Below, one piece after another: positions 50,216 to 60,092 of a stretch of DNA of 64,000 bases. The DNA is taken from assembly GCA_963809895.1 (NCBI GenBank), contig CAWELD010000003.1, positions 1,280,001-1,344,000 on the forward strand, written 5' to 3'. The notes below the pieces were generated by a model, which made no database searches, was not told the DNA's origin, and saw nothing but the letters and a program-made list of their open reading frames with translations. Origin of the DNA: an uncultured Gemmatimonadales bacterium (GTDB taxonomy: Bacteria; Gemmatimonadota; Gemmatimonadetes; Longimicrobiales; Gaopeijiaceae). Every line of letters begins with the position of its first letter. Positions within the stretch are counted from its first letter, which is position 1. Both the position numbers and the translations under genes were made by a program.

Positions 50216-51526
50216 TCAGTCGCCGGACACTTCGGCGGGCAGATGCCGGGCGGGCACCTCCACCGCCGGCATGTGCACCGGCCGCTCCTGACGTGTGGGC
50301 ACCGCGGCGCCCTTGATGATCCGGTCCCGATCCAGGAAGAACACGAAGGCCACCGTGCACAGCCCACTCACCGCGGTCAGGACCAGTCCGAAGGTGAAGC
50401 CGTACGGCACGCCGAGCTGATCCAGAACCAGGATCGTTCCCGACACCACCATCACGTAGGCCAGCGCCGTGGGCAGCATCACCTTCCAGCCCAGGCTCAT
50501 GACCTGGTCGTAGCGGAAGCGTGGCAGCGTCCAGCGCACCCAGATGTAGAAGAAGAGGAAGAACCCGGTCTTGAGACCGAAGCCGCCCAGTGTCAGGAGC
50601 GTCTTCCACCACGCCGGGTCGGCCATGATGGCCGCGCCGCCGGCGTCGAAGCCCTTGATGAGCATGCCCTGGTACCAGAAGGCGTCGTCCCACGTGCCCG
50701 GCAGGTCCCAGCCGCCGAAGAAGAGCGTCGCCATGAGGGCCGAGGCGGTGAGCATGTGGGCGTACTCGGCGATGAAGAACATGCTGAACTTCATGGCCGA
50801 ATACTCGGTGTGATATCCGGTGACCAGCTCCGATTCCGCCTCGGGCATGTCGAAGGGCAGCCGGTTGGTCTCGGCGAAGGCGGAGATGACGAACAGGATG
50901 AAGGCCAGCGACAACGGCAGCGCGAACCACAGGTTGAGCTGCTGCTGCTGCGTCACCACGTCCGTGAGGGTCACGTTCCCGGCCAGCATGAGCACCGTGA
51001 CCAGCGACAGGCCCAGCGCCACCTCGTAGCTCACCATCTGGGCCGACGCCCGCAGCGCGCCCAGGAAGGCGTACTTGTTGTTGGAGGCCCAGCCCGAGAT
51101 GACGACGCCGTACACGCCCAGCGAGCTCAGCGCCAGGATGTAGAGGATGCCGATGGGCACGTCGGCCACGATCATGTCCACCACGCCCCAGGGCGTCGGC
51201 AGGGGTGCGGCGAAGGGGATCACGGCGAAGGTGACCAGCGCCGGCATGATGGCCAGCATGGGGCCCAGGACGAAGTAGAACCGGTTCGAGGTCGCCGGCA
51301 TCGTCTCTTCCTTCAAGACGTTCTTGATGCCGTCGGCGATGGGCTGCAGAAGCCCCAGCGGCCCCACGCGATTCGGGCCCGACCGGTCCTGGATCCAGGC
51401 GGACACCCGGCGCTCCGCCAGCGTCGTGTAGGCCACCACGAGCATGGAGACCGTGAAGACCGCGACGACCTTGACGGCCGAGGCGATGAGGAACGCGACC
51501 CCGGTGACGGGTTGCAGCTGCTCCAT
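50216..51526 (-). CDS. nuoH: NADH-quinone oxidoreductase subunit H (extended, 436 aa)
   Basis: ERRVSAWIQDRSGPNRVG, ADGIK, AETNRLPFDMPEAESEL, PRFRYDQ. Confidence 0.96.
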   Translation of the reverse strand: MEQLQPVTGVAFLIASAVKVVAVFTVSMLVVAYTTLAERRVSAWIQDRSGPNRVGPLGLLQPIADGIKNVLKEETMPATSNRFYFVLGPMLAIMPALVTFAVIPFAAPLPTPWGVVDMIVADVPIGILYILALSSLGVYGVVISGWASNNKYAFLGALRASAQMVSYEVALGLSLVTVLMLAGNVTLTDVVTQQQQLNLWFALPLSLAFILFVISAFAETNRLPFDMPEAESELVTGYHTEYSAMKFSMFFIAEYAHMLTASALMATLFFGGWDLPGTWDDAFWYQGMLIKGFDAGGAAIMADPAWWKTLLTLGGFGLKTGFFLFFYIWVRWTLPRFRYDQVMSLGWKVMLPTALAYVMVVSGTILVLDQLGVPYGFTFGLVLTAVSGLCTVAFVFFLDRDRIIKGAAVPTRQERPVHMPAVEVPARHLPAEVSGD

Positions 51527-51531
51527 TCCGC

Positions 51532-53139
51532 TCAGTCTCCAGTCAGGGAAGCGGGCTCGTTCACCACCGCGCCCCGGGTGCCGATGGAGGGGTAGCCCAG
51601 GCCCTCGAAGGGCGCATGCGGCGCCACCAGCATGTCGAAGGCCTCGGCCGCCGTCGTGGGCACCTCGGCCTCGTCCATGAGCGCCACCAGGGCGCCCAGG
51701 GCCAGCCAGGCCGGACGGGCCGCACCCGGGGCCTGCAGACCGGGCCAGAAGCGCTGCACCCGCCCTTCGTGATTCGTGAAGGTGCCTTCCTGCTCGGCGA
51801 AGGTGGTGACCGGAAGAAGGAAGTCGGCCGCCGCCGCGGCGACGGGCGCGTGCGACCCCAGGTACACGTAGAGGTCGGCGTCGTGGCCGAACTCCGGACC
51901 GTGGTCGTCCAGGGCGTCGCCCAGCACCAGGAGCACACCTCCGTGGCTGGACAGGTCGTCCACCCCGCCCCGGGCATCGTCATCCCCCACACGCGTCATG
52001 CCCAGGAGCTCCGCGCCACGTCCGTTGGGCGCCAGCTCCCGGCGCCGGGCCAACGTCGGGAACCCCTTCATGACGACCTCGTCTTCGGCGCGCGGCGAGC
52101 GGTAGACCATCTCGCCCCCGCCCAGCCGGTCCACCAGCGCGGCCACGGCGGCCACGTCTTCGTTGCAGGCCCAGGGAGACACCAGAGCCTTCACCGGCAC
52201 TCCCTCCACGCCGTCCAGCCGCTCCCGCAGCGCTGCCAGCGCGGCCTTCCAGCCCATGGCGGTGCGGCTCTCGCCCCGTCCCACCAGGGGCACCTCGGCG
52301 CGGTCGCCCCGATTGATCCACTCGTAGTTGTGGCGACCGTAGTCGCACATCCAGAAGGCGTTGACGTCCAGGTTGGCCCGCGGCTTCAGCCGCTGGACCA
52401 GGTTGTCGCGCGTGTGGAGCTGGATGTTGCAGCCCTGCGAGCAGCTCGGGCACACGGAGGGGGTGTGGTCAAGGTCCCAGGAGCGCTGCTTGTGCAGGAA
52501 ATCCTTGGAAACCAGCGCGCCCACCGGACAGATGTCGACGATGTTGCCCGACCAGAAGGTGCCGTCCAGGCCTTCGTCGAAGAAGGTGTCGATGACGGAG
52601 CGGCTGCCCCGCTCCACCACGGTGAGGCGAGGGTCCTGCTCCATCTCGTTCATGAAGCGGACGCAGCGCGTGCACATGACGCAGCGGTCTCCGTAGAAGA
52701 GCACGTCGCCACCGAAGTCGTCCCGCCCGAAGACCCGCTTGGGCTCACGCGAGCGGCCGTGCTTGCGTCCCTCGGCGTGCACGTAGTCCTGGAGCTTGCA
52801 CTCCCCGGACTGGTCGCAGATGGGACAGTCCAGCGGGTGGTTGACCAGGTAGAACTCGAGCACGCCCCGGCGCATGGAGAGCGCCTTGTCGGAATCCGTG
52901 TGCACCACCTGCCCGTCCTGGGCCTGCGTGACGCACGAGGGCTGCAGCTTGGGCGCGCCCTCCACGTCCACCAGGCACAGCCGACACATGGCCGGCGACG
53001 ACAGGCCGTCGTGATAACAGTAGTGCGGCACCTTGGTGCCGACCGACTCGGCGGCCTTGAGGAGGGTGGTGCCCTTGGGCACCGTGACCTCCCGACCGTC
53101 GATGGTCAGCGTGACGGTATTGGTCTTGGTCTCAGCCAT
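51532..53139 (-). CDS. nuoG: NADH-quinone oxidoreductase subunit G (short form, 535 aa)
   Basis: CYH...CRLCLV...C, HPLDCPICDQSGEC, CVMCTRC...CPVGAL, CPSCSQGC...C. Confidence 0.94.
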   Translation of the reverse strand: MAETKTNTVTLTIDGREVTVPKGTTLLKAAESVGTKVPHYCYHDGLSSPAMCRLCLVDVEGAPKLQPSCVTQAQDGQVVHTDSDKALSMRRGVLEFYLVNHPLDCPICDQSGECKLQDYVHAEGRKHGRSREPKRVFGRDDFGGDVLFYGDRCVMCTRCVRFMNEMEQDPRLTVVERGSRSVIDTFFDEGLDGTFWSGNIVDICPVGALVSKDFLHKQRSWDLDHTPSVCPSCSQGCNIQLHTRDNLVQRLKPRANLDVNAFWMCDYGRHNYEWINRGDRAEVPLVGRGESRTAMGWKAALAALRERLDGVEGVPVKALVSPWACNEDVAAVAALVDRLGGGEMVYRSPRAEDEVVMKGFPTLARRRELAPNGRGAELLGMTRVGDDDARGGVDDLSSHGGVLLVLGDALDDHGPEFGHDADLYVYLGSHAPVAAAAADFLLPVTTFAEQEGTFTNHEGRVQRFWPGLQAPGAARPAWLALGALVALMDEAEVPTTAAEAFDMLVAPHAPFEGLGYPSIGTRGAVVNEPASLTGD

Positions 53140-53144
53140 GCGTG

Positions 53145-54437
53145 TCAGGCGGCTCCTACGCGTTCACCCCGGCGGATGAGCGCCAGGTATTCATCCCGGA
53201 ACTTCTTGATGGACGACTGCACCGGCGCGGCCACCGAGTCGGACAGCACGCAGATGGTGGTGCCGGTCATCTGGGTGGTGACCTCCATGAGCGTGTCCAG
53301 ATCCTCTTCCGTGCCCCGCCCGTCCTCGATGCGCTGCAGGATCTTGGTGACCCAGGCGGAGCCCTCCCGGCACGGCGTACACTGCCCGCACGACTCGTGG
53401 GCGTAGAAGTAGGCCATGCGGCGCACCTGCTTGACGATGTCGGTGGTCTCGTCCATGACGATCACCGAGGCGCAGCCGAGCATGGATCCAGCCGAGGCCA
53501 CGCCCTCGTAGTCCAGGTTGCAGCTCTCGCACTCCTCGGCCGACAGGATGGGCACGGAGCTGCCCCCGGGGATCACGGCCTTGAGCTTGTGACCGTCCCG
53601 GATGCCCCCGCACACGTCTTCGATGAGCTCCTTCAACGGGAAGCCCAGCGGCAGCTCGTAGTTGCCGGGGCGGCTCACGTGGCCGCTGACGCAGAAGAGC
53701 TTGGTGCCCGGGCTCTTCTCGGTGCCCCACTGCCGATACCACTGGCCGCCGTTGGCGATGATGTGGGGGACCGCGCTCAGCGTCTCCACGTTGTTCACCG
53801 TGGTGGGCATGCCGAAGGCACCCACGGCCGCCGGGAAAGGCGGCTTCACCCGGGGCTGCCCCCGGCGCCCTTCCAGCGAGTTCATGAGCCCGGTCTCTTC
53901 ACCGCAGATGTAGGCGCCGGCGCCCACGTGCACGGTCACGTCGATGTCCACGCCGGAGCCCATGATGTTCTCGCCGGCGTAGCCGTTGGCGTAGGCGTCT
54001 TCCACGGCCTTGGCCAGGACGGAGGAGGCCTCGAAGAACTCGCCGCGGCAATAGATGTAGGCGTGCTGGGCACGGATGGCGAACGCCCCGATCAGGCATC
54101 CCTCGATGAGCTGGTGGGGATCCCAGCGCATGAGCTCCCGGTCCTTGAAGGTGCCGGGCTCCGACTCGTCGGCGTTGCAGCACAGGTAATGCGGCTTGGT
54201 CGGCTCCTTGGGCATGAAGCTCCACTTCACGCCGGTGGGGAATCCGGCGCCTCCCCTGCCCCGGAGCCCCGAGGCCTTCACCTCTTCGGTGACGGCGTCG
54301 GGACCCATCTCGAAGGCCTTCTTGAGAGCCTGGTAGCGCCCGTTGGCCAGCGCACCGTCCATGGTGCGGGCCCTGGGGTCGCCGAAGTGCGTGCTCAGGA
54401 CGCGGACCTCGCGGTCCGACACGTAGGGGTAGGCCAT
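53145..54437 (-). CDS. nuoF: NADH-quinone oxidoreductase subunit F
   Basis: GLRGRGGAGFPTG, NADESEPGT, GAYICGEET, ESCGQCTPCREG. Start ATG 54437. Confidence 0.96.
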   Translation of the reverse strand: MAYPYVSDREVRVLSTHFGDPRARTMDGALANGRYQALKKAFEMGPDAVTEEVKASGLRGRGGAGFPTGVKWSFMPKEPTKPHYLCCNADESEPGTFKDRELMRWDPHQLIEGCLIGAFAIRAQHAYIYCRGEFFEASSVLAKAVEDAYANGYAGENIMGSGVDIDVTVHVGAGAYICGEETGLMNSLEGRRGQPRVKPPFPAAVGAFGMPTTVNNVETLSAVPHIIANGGQWYRQWGTEKSPGTKLFCVSGHVSRPGNYELPLGFPLKELIEDVCGGIRDGHKLKAVIPGGSSVPILSAEECESCNLDYEGVASAGSMLGCASVIVMDETTDIVKQVRRMAYFYAHESCGQCTPCREGSAWVTKILQRIEDGRGTEEDLDTLMEVTTQMTGTTICVLSDSVAAPVQSSIKKFRDEYLALIRRGERVGAA

Positions 54438-55090
54438 TACTCGCCCTTCTCCTTCAGGCGCTGAAGGAGCGCGGGGACGTCGTCCGCGCCGATGTTCTCG
54501 TAGTAGCGGGAGTTGATCTGCACGCAGGTGGGAAAGCCGCACGCCGCCAGACACTCGGCCTCCACCACGGTGAAGTTGCCGTCGGCCGACGTCGCTCCCA
54601 GCTCGGTGTCCGTGTGGTGGAGGAAGGCCTCCAGCACCTCGTCCGCCCCGCAGATGTTGCACGAGATGTTGGTGCACACCTGCACGAGAAAGCGCCCCAC
54701 CGGACGCTTGTTGTACATCGTGTAGAAGGTGGCCACTCCCCGGACGTAGGCGTCGGGGAGATCCAGGAGCTCCGCGACGCGGTCCATGGTGTCCGGCGAG
54801 ACGTGTCCCCGGACCTCCTGTGCCAGGTTGAGCGCGGGGAGCAGCGCCGCGCGCTTGTCCGGGTAGCGGGTCAGGATCTTCTCGAAGCGCGCCTGGTACG
54901 GGCCCTCGAACAGCGGTGCGTCCGGGTTCTTGTCGGGCAGCATGTAGGGGTAGCTCGAGGCCCCGGAGGCGTGACCGCCGTCCAGCGGGCGCTCGCCCAG
55001 GAAGTCCCGTCCCCTCACCTGGTCCTCGGTGAGATCGAACTCGCCGGTGTTCCCCGCCCAGCCGGGATTCTCGAAGGGGGTGTCGCTCAT
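54437..55090 (-). CDS. nuoE: NADH-quinone oxidoreductase subunit E
   Basis: VATFYTMY, CTNISC...CLAAC 2Fe-2S motif; N-terminal extension. Confidence 0.94.
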   Translation of the reverse strand: MSDTPFENPGWAGNTGEFDLTEDQVRGRDFLGERPLDGGHASGASSYPYMLPDKNPDAPLFEGPYQARFEKILTRYPDKRAALLPALNLAQEVRGHVSPDTMDRVAELLDLPDAYVRGVATFYTMYNKRPVGRFLVQVCTNISCNICGADEVLEAFLHHTDTELGATSADGNFTVVEAECLAACGFPTCVQINSRYYENIGADDVPALLQRLKEKGE

Positions 55091-56364
55091 CGGTCGATCT
55101 CCCCCAGAACGATGTCCAGGCTGGCGTTGATCATGATCAGGTCTGCCACGAGATGGCCCTCGGCCAGCTTGGGGATCACGGAGAGGTTCACGAACGACGG
55201 CGGCCGCACCCGCCAGCGCACCGGCTTGGTGCCCCCGTCGCTGACCACGTACATGCCGAGCTCACCCTTGGACGCCTCCACGCTGAACCACGAGTCGCCC
55301 GCCGGAGCGTGGATGCCCTCGGTGATGAGCTTGAAGTGGTGGATCATGGACTCCATGTCCGACATGCAGTCCGTCTTGGAGGGCAGGCTGATGGACGGAT
55401 CCGGCACGTTGATGGGCCCGCCCGGGAGCCGGTCCAGCGCCTGCTGGAGAATGCCGATGCTCTGGCGCATCTCCTCCATGCGCACGAGGTAGCGGTCGTA
55501 GCAGTCGCCGTGCTCGCCCACCGGGACTTCGAAGTCGTAGCTCTCGTAGTCGTAGTAGGGCTTGTCCTTGCGCACGTCGTAGGGGACGCCCGAGGCACGC
55601 AGGTTGGGGCCCGTGAAGCCGCAGCTGATGGCGTCCTCGGCAGAGATCACGCCGATGTCCTGCATGCGACCGAGCAGGATGCTGTTGGTGGTGAGCAGGC
55701 GGTCACACTCGTCCAGCGTGGCCCCGAGCTCGTCGACGAAGGTCCGGCACGCCTCGGCCCAGCCCTCGGGCAGGTCCGCCATCATGCCACCCACCCGCGT
55801 GGCTGAGGTGGTGATGCGGGCACCGGTGAGCGCCTCGTGGAGCCTGTAGATCTTCTCCCGCTCCTGGAACGAGTACAGGAACGGCGTGAAGGCGCCCACG
55901 TCGATGGCCGTGGTCCCCAGCCAGAGCAGGTGTCCGAAGACCCGGTCCAGCTCCATGAGGATGACGCGCACCACCTTGCAACGCTCGGTGACCTCGATCC
56001 CCATGAGCTTCTCGACGGACATGACGTAGGCGCAGTTGTAGATCAGCGGCGCCAGATAGTCCATGCGGTCCGTGAGGGGCACCACCTGGTTCCAGGCCCG
56101 GTATTCCCCCTGCTTCTCGAAGCCCGAGTGCAGGTACCCGATGTGGGGGATCACCCGGAGCACGGTCTCGCCGTCCAGCTCGCACACCAGGCGGAGCACG
56201 CCGTGCGTGGCAGGGTGCTGCGGCCCGATGTTGATGAGCATGTGCTCCGAGCCGAGATCCGGCTCCGGCAGGTCGATGGGTGCGAGCGGTCCGTGGGCGG
56301 GCCGCCCATCCACGCCCATCTCCGGCGTGCGCCCCACTGCGAATTCGACGGTCTTGGTCGGCAT
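55087..56364 (-). CDS. nuoD: NADH-quinone oxidoreductase subunit D
   Basis: NIGPQHPATHGVLR, GYLH, DRMDY, GEIDR. Confidence 0.97.
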   Translation of the reverse strand: MPTKTVEFAVGRTPEMGVDGRPAHGPLAPIDLPEPDLGSEHMLINIGPQHPATHGVLRLVCELDGETVLRVIPHIGYLHSGFEKQGEYRAWNQVVPLTDRMDYLAPLIYNCAYVMSVEKLMGIEVTERCKVVRVILMELDRVFGHLLWLGTTAIDVGAFTPFLYSFQEREKIYRLHEALTGARITTSATRVGGMMADLPEGWAEACRTFVDELGATLDECDRLLTTNSILLGRMQDIGVISAEDAISCGFTGPNLRASGVPYDVRKDKPYYDYESYDFEVPVGEHGDCYDRYLVRMEEMRQSIGILQQALDRLPGGPINVPDPSISLPSKTDCMSDMESMIHHFKLITEGIHAPAGDSWFSVEASKGELGMYVVSDGGTKPVRWRVRPPSFVNLSVIPKLAEGHLVADLIMINASLDIVLGEIDR

Positions 56365-56377
56365 GCGTGCGTCCCCG

Positions 56378-57091
56378 TCAGTCCTGGGCTTCGTCCGGAT
56401 AGTCCGCGACTTCCCGGCCTTCCTCGGTGATGTGGATGGTCTGGGGCTCCCGGCCGATCTCCATCTCCATCGGGATGTAGAAGTCCTGCACGTCCAGGCT
56501 CAGGGCCCGCCGGGTCTGCTCGGCCCGTGAGAACCGGCCCCGGAGCGGGAAGTCCTTCCGCAGCGGATGGCCCTCGGCGTAGTTCTCCGGCATGAGGATC
56601 CGGCGCAGATCCGGGTGTCCCTGGAACTCCACGCCGAACATGTCGTAGACCTCGCGCTCCAGCCAATCGGCGGTCTGCCAGAGCGAGGTGACCGAGTCCA
56701 GGGCGAGGGCATCCACCGGCAGCGGGCACTTGACCCGCAGGCTGCGGTGGTGGGCCATGGACCAGAGCTGGTAGACGACCTGGATCGGCCTGCCACCGCC
56801 GTAGTCCACCGCCGTGACGTCGGCGAGGAACTCGTAGTGCTGGTCGGGATCCTCCTTCATCCAGGTGAGGATCTCCAGCACCCGGGCGGGATCGATGTGG
56901 ACGACGTGCTGGTCGCCGGCGCTGACCTCGTGGTGCCGCAGTGCGTCACCGAAGCGCTCGCGCATCGCCTGGACGGTGGGATGCGCCTGGTCCAGCCCCG
57001 CGGGCATGGTGAGTCCCGATCCGGTCTCGTCTTCGCTGGGGTCGGGCCCCTCTTCGACGGCGTCCAGATCGGAAGCTTGATCGTCGGACAT
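56378..57091 (-). CDS. nuoC: NADH-quinone oxidoreductase subunit C
   Basis: EREVYDMFG, GHPDLRRIL, GHPLRKDFPL. Confidence 0.95.
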   Translation of the reverse strand: MSDDQASDLDAVEEGPDPSEDETGSGLTMPAGLDQAHPTVQAMRERFGDALRHHEVSAGDQHVVHIDPARVLEILTWMKEDPDQHYEFLADVTAVDYGGGRPIQVVYQLWSMAHHRSLRVKCPLPVDALALDSVTSLWQTADWLEREVYDMFGVEFQGHPDLRRILMPENYAEGHPLRKDFPLRGRFSRAEQTRRALSLDVQDFYIPMEMEIGREPQTIHITEEGREVADYPDEAQD

Positions 57092-57106
57092 GGAAACCTC
57101 GGGCGC

Positions 57107-57796
57107 TTACGGGATGCGATCGTCGGGCCGGTCGGTGCGATCCGTCTGCACCATGCCGCTGGCCCGGTTCTGCCGCGTGGAGTTGCCGAACGGCCCCGTG
57201 AGCCCCTTGATTTCGTTCTCCGTCGCTCGCGGCAGCCCCGCCGCCAGCGGATCCTCGGCGCGGTTCACCGCGTGGTCCGCCAGACGCTCCTCGCGGACCT
57301 TCTCCTGGATCATCATGAGGCCGTAGATGAGGGCCTCGGGCCGGGGCGGGCAGCCGGGAATGTAGACGTCGACGGGCACGATGGTGTCGATGCCCTGCAC
57401 CATCGAGTAGTTGTCGAACACGCCCCCGGAGCTGGCGCAGGCGCCCATGGAGATGCACCACTTGGGCTGCATCATCTGGTCCCAGATCCGGCGCAGGACG
57501 GGGGCCAGCTTGTAGGGCACGCGCCCGGCGCAGATCAGGACGTCGGCCTGCCGCGGCGAAAAGGACATCCGCTCCATTCCGAAGCGGGAGATATCGAAAT
57601 CAGAGGCGGCCGCCGCCATCATCTCGATGGCGCAGCACGCGGTACCGAATGGCATGGGCCACAGGGAATTCCGGCGTGCCCAGTTCACCACGAAGTCGAC
57701 CTTGGTGGTGAGAAACGTCGGGCCGCCGGCGCCGAAAAGCCCCCCGGAGCGAGCGCTGGTGCCGCCACCGGGTAGCTGGTTGCCTTCTAGTCCCAC
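57107..57796 (-). CDS. nuoB: NADH-quinone oxidoreductase subunit B
   Basis: [33 protein letters not shown]. Likely start GTG 57796 overlapping the nuoA end. Confidence 0.95.
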   Translation of the reverse strand: MGLEGNQLPGGGTSARSGGLFGAGGPTFLTTKVDFVVNWARRNSLWPMPFGTACCAIEMMAAAASDFDISRFGMERMSFSPRQADVLICAGRVPYKLAPVLRRIWDQMMQPKWCISMGACASSGGVFDNYSMVQGIDTIVPVDVYIPGCPPRPEALIYGLMMIQEKVREERLADHAVNRAEDPLAAGLPRATENEIKGLTGPFGNSTRQNRASGMVQTDRTDRPDDRIP

Positions 57797-58143
57797 TCCA
57801 GACCTCCCTTCTTCCACTCGTAGAGCAGCCCCAGCGAGAGCACGACCACGAAGAGGAACACGGGGATGAACCCGCCCCAGCCCAGGTCCCGCATCTTCAC
57901 GGCCCACGGGATGAGGAAGATCGTCTCCAGGTCGAACACGATGAAGCTGATGGCCACCATGTAGAACTTGACCGAAAACCGCTCCCGGGTGTCCCCGAGG
58001 GGAATCATACCCGATTCGTACGGCATGTCCTTCTGGGGGGTGGGCCTGCGAGGGTTCAAGATGGCGGAGGCGGCGGCCATTCCAACCGCGTTCACCACCG
58101 AAAGCCCGAAGAGAATCAGGAGCGGGACGTAGGATCCCGACAT
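57787..58143 (-). CDS. nuoA: NADH-quinone oxidoreductase subunit A
   Basis: [22 protein letters not shown]. Start ATG 58143. Confidence 0.95.
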   Translation of the reverse strand: MSGSYVPLLILFGLSVVNAVGMAAASAILNPRRPTPQKDMPYESGMIPLGDTRERFSVKFYMVAISFIVFDLETIFLIPWAVKMRDLGWGGFIPVFLFVVVLSLGLLYEWKKGGLEWD

Positions 58144-58157
58144 TGCGGTCCTGAGGT

Positions 58158-58175
58158 TTGTGAAAACGTTCACGT
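58158..58175. promoter_or_regulatory. Rex-type operator at the nuo promoter
   Basis: TTGTGAA-aacg-TTCACGT versus Rex consensus TTGTGAA-n4-TTCACAA (12 of 14 positions); lies between the -10 box and the nuoA start. Confidence 0.7.
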
Positions 58176-58187
58176 GCGGGACGCCGG

Positions 58188-58217
58188 AATGTACCCGGCG
58201 CGCCGGAGGGGTGTCAA
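58188..58217 (-). promoter_or_regulatory. Sigma70-type promoter of the nuo operon
   Basis: TTGACA (58217-58212), 18 bp spacer, TACATT (58193-58188). Confidence 0.7.
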
Positions 58218-58257
58218 CCCACCGAAAACGCCGGAATTCATGGGCTTTTCCCCAGGT

Positions 58258-58287
58258 TTGCCGGCGCCCGCCCGCAGGCCCTATCTT
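58258..58287 (+). promoter_or_regulatory. Candidate sigma70 promoter of dcd
   Basis: TTGCCG, 18 bp spacer, TATCTT; divergent from the nuo promoter. Confidence 0.45.
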
Positions 58288-58364
58288 GCGCCCCGGTACC
58301 CCTTCGTCGGAGCGCCGTTCCGGACGCTCCGGACACCTCACGGACGACAGGACGACACGCGGGC

Positions 58365-58919
58365 ATGCCCATCAAGAGCGACCGTTGGATCCGCAGGATG
58401 TGCGAGGAGCACCGGATGATCGAGCCCTTCGAGGCCGGCCAGGTGCGCGACGGCAAGATCAGCTACGGACTGTCGTCGTACGGCTACGACATCCGCGTGG
58501 CGCCGGAGTTCAAGGTGTTCACCAACGTGCATCACGTGGTCGTGGACCCCAAGAACTTCGACGACCGCTCCTTCGTGGACGTGCACGCCCAGGAGTGCAT
58601 CATCCCGCCGAACTCCTTCGCCCTGGCCCGCACCGAGGAGTACTTCCGGATTCCACGTGACGTACTGGTCGTGTGCGTGGGCAAGAGCACCTACGCGCGC
58701 TGTGGCATCATCGTCAACGTGACGCCGTTGGAACCCACCTGGGAAGGGTACCTGACGCTGGAGATCAGCAACACGACTCCCCTGCCGGCGAAGATCTACG
58801 CCAACGAGGGCATCGCCCAACTCCTGTTCTTCGAGGGCGACGAGGAGCCGGAGACGGCCTACGCGGACCGCAAGGGCAAGTACATGCAGCAACGCGGAGT
58901 CACGCTGCCCCGCATGTGA
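58365..58919 (+). CDS. dcd: dCTP deaminase
   Basis: [43 protein letters not shown]. Confidence 0.95.
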   Translation: MPIKSDRWIRRMCEEHRMIEPFEAGQVRDGKISYGLSSYGYDIRVAPEFKVFTNVHHVVVDPKNFDDRSFVDVHAQECIIPPNSFALARTEEYFRIPRDVLVVCVGKSTYARCGIIVNVTPLEPTWEGYLTLEISNTTPLPAKIYANEGIAQLLFFEGDEEPETAYADRKGKYMQQRGVTLPRM

Positions 58920-58952
58920 GGCGTGCCGCCGGACGGCCGGCGGTGGAACGTG

Positions 58953-58984
58953 GGTGGCGGGCCTCGGTTCCGGGGCCCGCCACC
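58953..58984. terminator. Hairpin between the convergent dcd and FKBP genes
   Basis: ggtggcgggcc...ggcccgccacc 11-bp stem; second hairpin ccgccgg-acgg-ccggcgg at 58926-58943. Confidence 0.55.
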
Positions 58985-58999
58985 ACGCTGAGCCGAAGC

Positions 59000-59476
59000 T
59001 CAGATCTGCGGATTCAGGTCCTTGAGCACGACCTTGAAGATCAGCACCGAGTGCACGGGGATTCCGCTTCCCGCAGGCGGCGCGGCGCCGTAGCCCAGTG
59101 TGGAGGGGCTCACGATGAGGCGGGTCTCGCCCTTGCGCATGCCGATCACGCCGAGGCGAAAGCCTTCGATGACGGAGTCGTCGAGGGTGAACTCCTTGTC
59201 GGTGCCCTGATCCACCTGGGTGCCGTCGGGGATCCACACCGTGTAGTCCACGATGACCTTGGCGCCCTCCTCGGCCGGCCCGCCGTCTCCAGCCACCAGG
59301 GTCTGGATGTAGACTCCCGAGTCCAGCTCGTCCATCTGGCTCAGGTCCACGCCCAGGCTCGGAGCGTAGTCCACGTCTTCGGGGAACGTCGGCTGCAACG
59401 GGTCGTCCTTGCAACCGCCGGCGACGAGCGCCAGCGCCAGGGCGACGTGAAGGGCACGGACATGGGGTGAGCGCAT
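59000..59476 (-). CDS. FKBP-type peptidyl-prolyl isomerase, lipoprotein
   Basis: Lipobox AGGC; VIEGFRLGVIGMRKGETR, LGYG, IPVHSVLIFKV. Start ATG 59476 (GAGGAG upstream). Confidence 0.88.
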   Translation of the reverse strand: MRSPHVRALHVALALALVAGGCKDDPLQPTFPEDVDYAPSLGVDLSQMDELDSGVYIQTLVAGDGGPAEEGAKVIVDYTVWIPDGTQVDQGTDKEFTLDDSVIEGFRLGVIGMRKGETRLIVSPSTLGYGAAPPAGSGIPVHSVLIFKVVLKDLNPQI

Positions 59477-59517
59477 TCCAGCTCCTCTCATGACTTGGGG
59501 GGTCCGATCTCGATTCT

Positions 59518-59544
59518 GATACGTGCGTCGGGGCCTCGGGTTTC
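59518..59544 (-). promoter_or_regulatory. Candidate ECF sigma promoter for the second FKBP gene
   Basis: GAAAC-N16-CGTATC on the minus strand. Confidence 0.45.
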
Positions 59545-59579
59545 CTCTCGCGCGCCTCGACCGGCCCCGGGAGGCCTCC

Positions 59580-60092
59580 TCAGGACGCGTCCACGAGCTG
59601 GACCTCGAACACCAGCACGCTGTTGGGGGGCACCACCGGCTCGCGGCCCTGGCTGCCGTAGGCCAGGCCGGGCCTGATCACGAGCCGCCGGCGTCCCCCC
59701 ACCTTCATGCCGATGATGCCCTGGTTCCAGCCCCGGATCACGTCGGGCGACCCCAGCTCGAAGGTGTAGGGATCGCCGCCCAGGGTGCTGTCGATGACGG
59801 TGCCGTCCGGCAGGTACCCGATGTAGTGGATGCGGATCAGGTTCCCCCGCGCCGCAACCCGCCCCACGCCGGGCGAGATCTCTTCGATCCACAGCCCGCT
59901 GGAGGTGCGGTCCATGCGCGAGAAGTCGACCTGCAACTCCGGAGCGTAGGTGAGGGCCGTGGGGTCCGGCGCGGGGCCGGCGCCACCCCCCGACGCACAG
60001 GCGGTGAGCGTCAACGCGGCCCCGAGAGCCACCAGGCCCGCCTGACGTCGGCGGCGGACGGTCCCGCCCACCCTGCCCACTCGATCGCCCAT
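59580..60092 (-). CDS. FKBP-type peptidyl-prolyl isomerase, lipoprotein
   Basis: Lipobox LTAC; IHYIGYL, VIRGWNQGIIGMKVGGRR, LAYG, PPNSVLVFEVQL. ATG overlaps the sdhB stop (TGATG). Confidence 0.9.
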   Translation of the reverse strand: MGDRVGRVGGTVRRRRQAGLVALGAALTLTACASGGGAGPAPDPTALTYAPELQVDFSRMDRTSSGLWIEEISPGVGRVAARGNLIRIHYIGYLPDGTVIDSTLGGDPYTFELGSPDVIRGWNQGIIGMKVGGRRRLVIRPGLAYGSQGREPVVPPNSVLVFEVQLVDAS

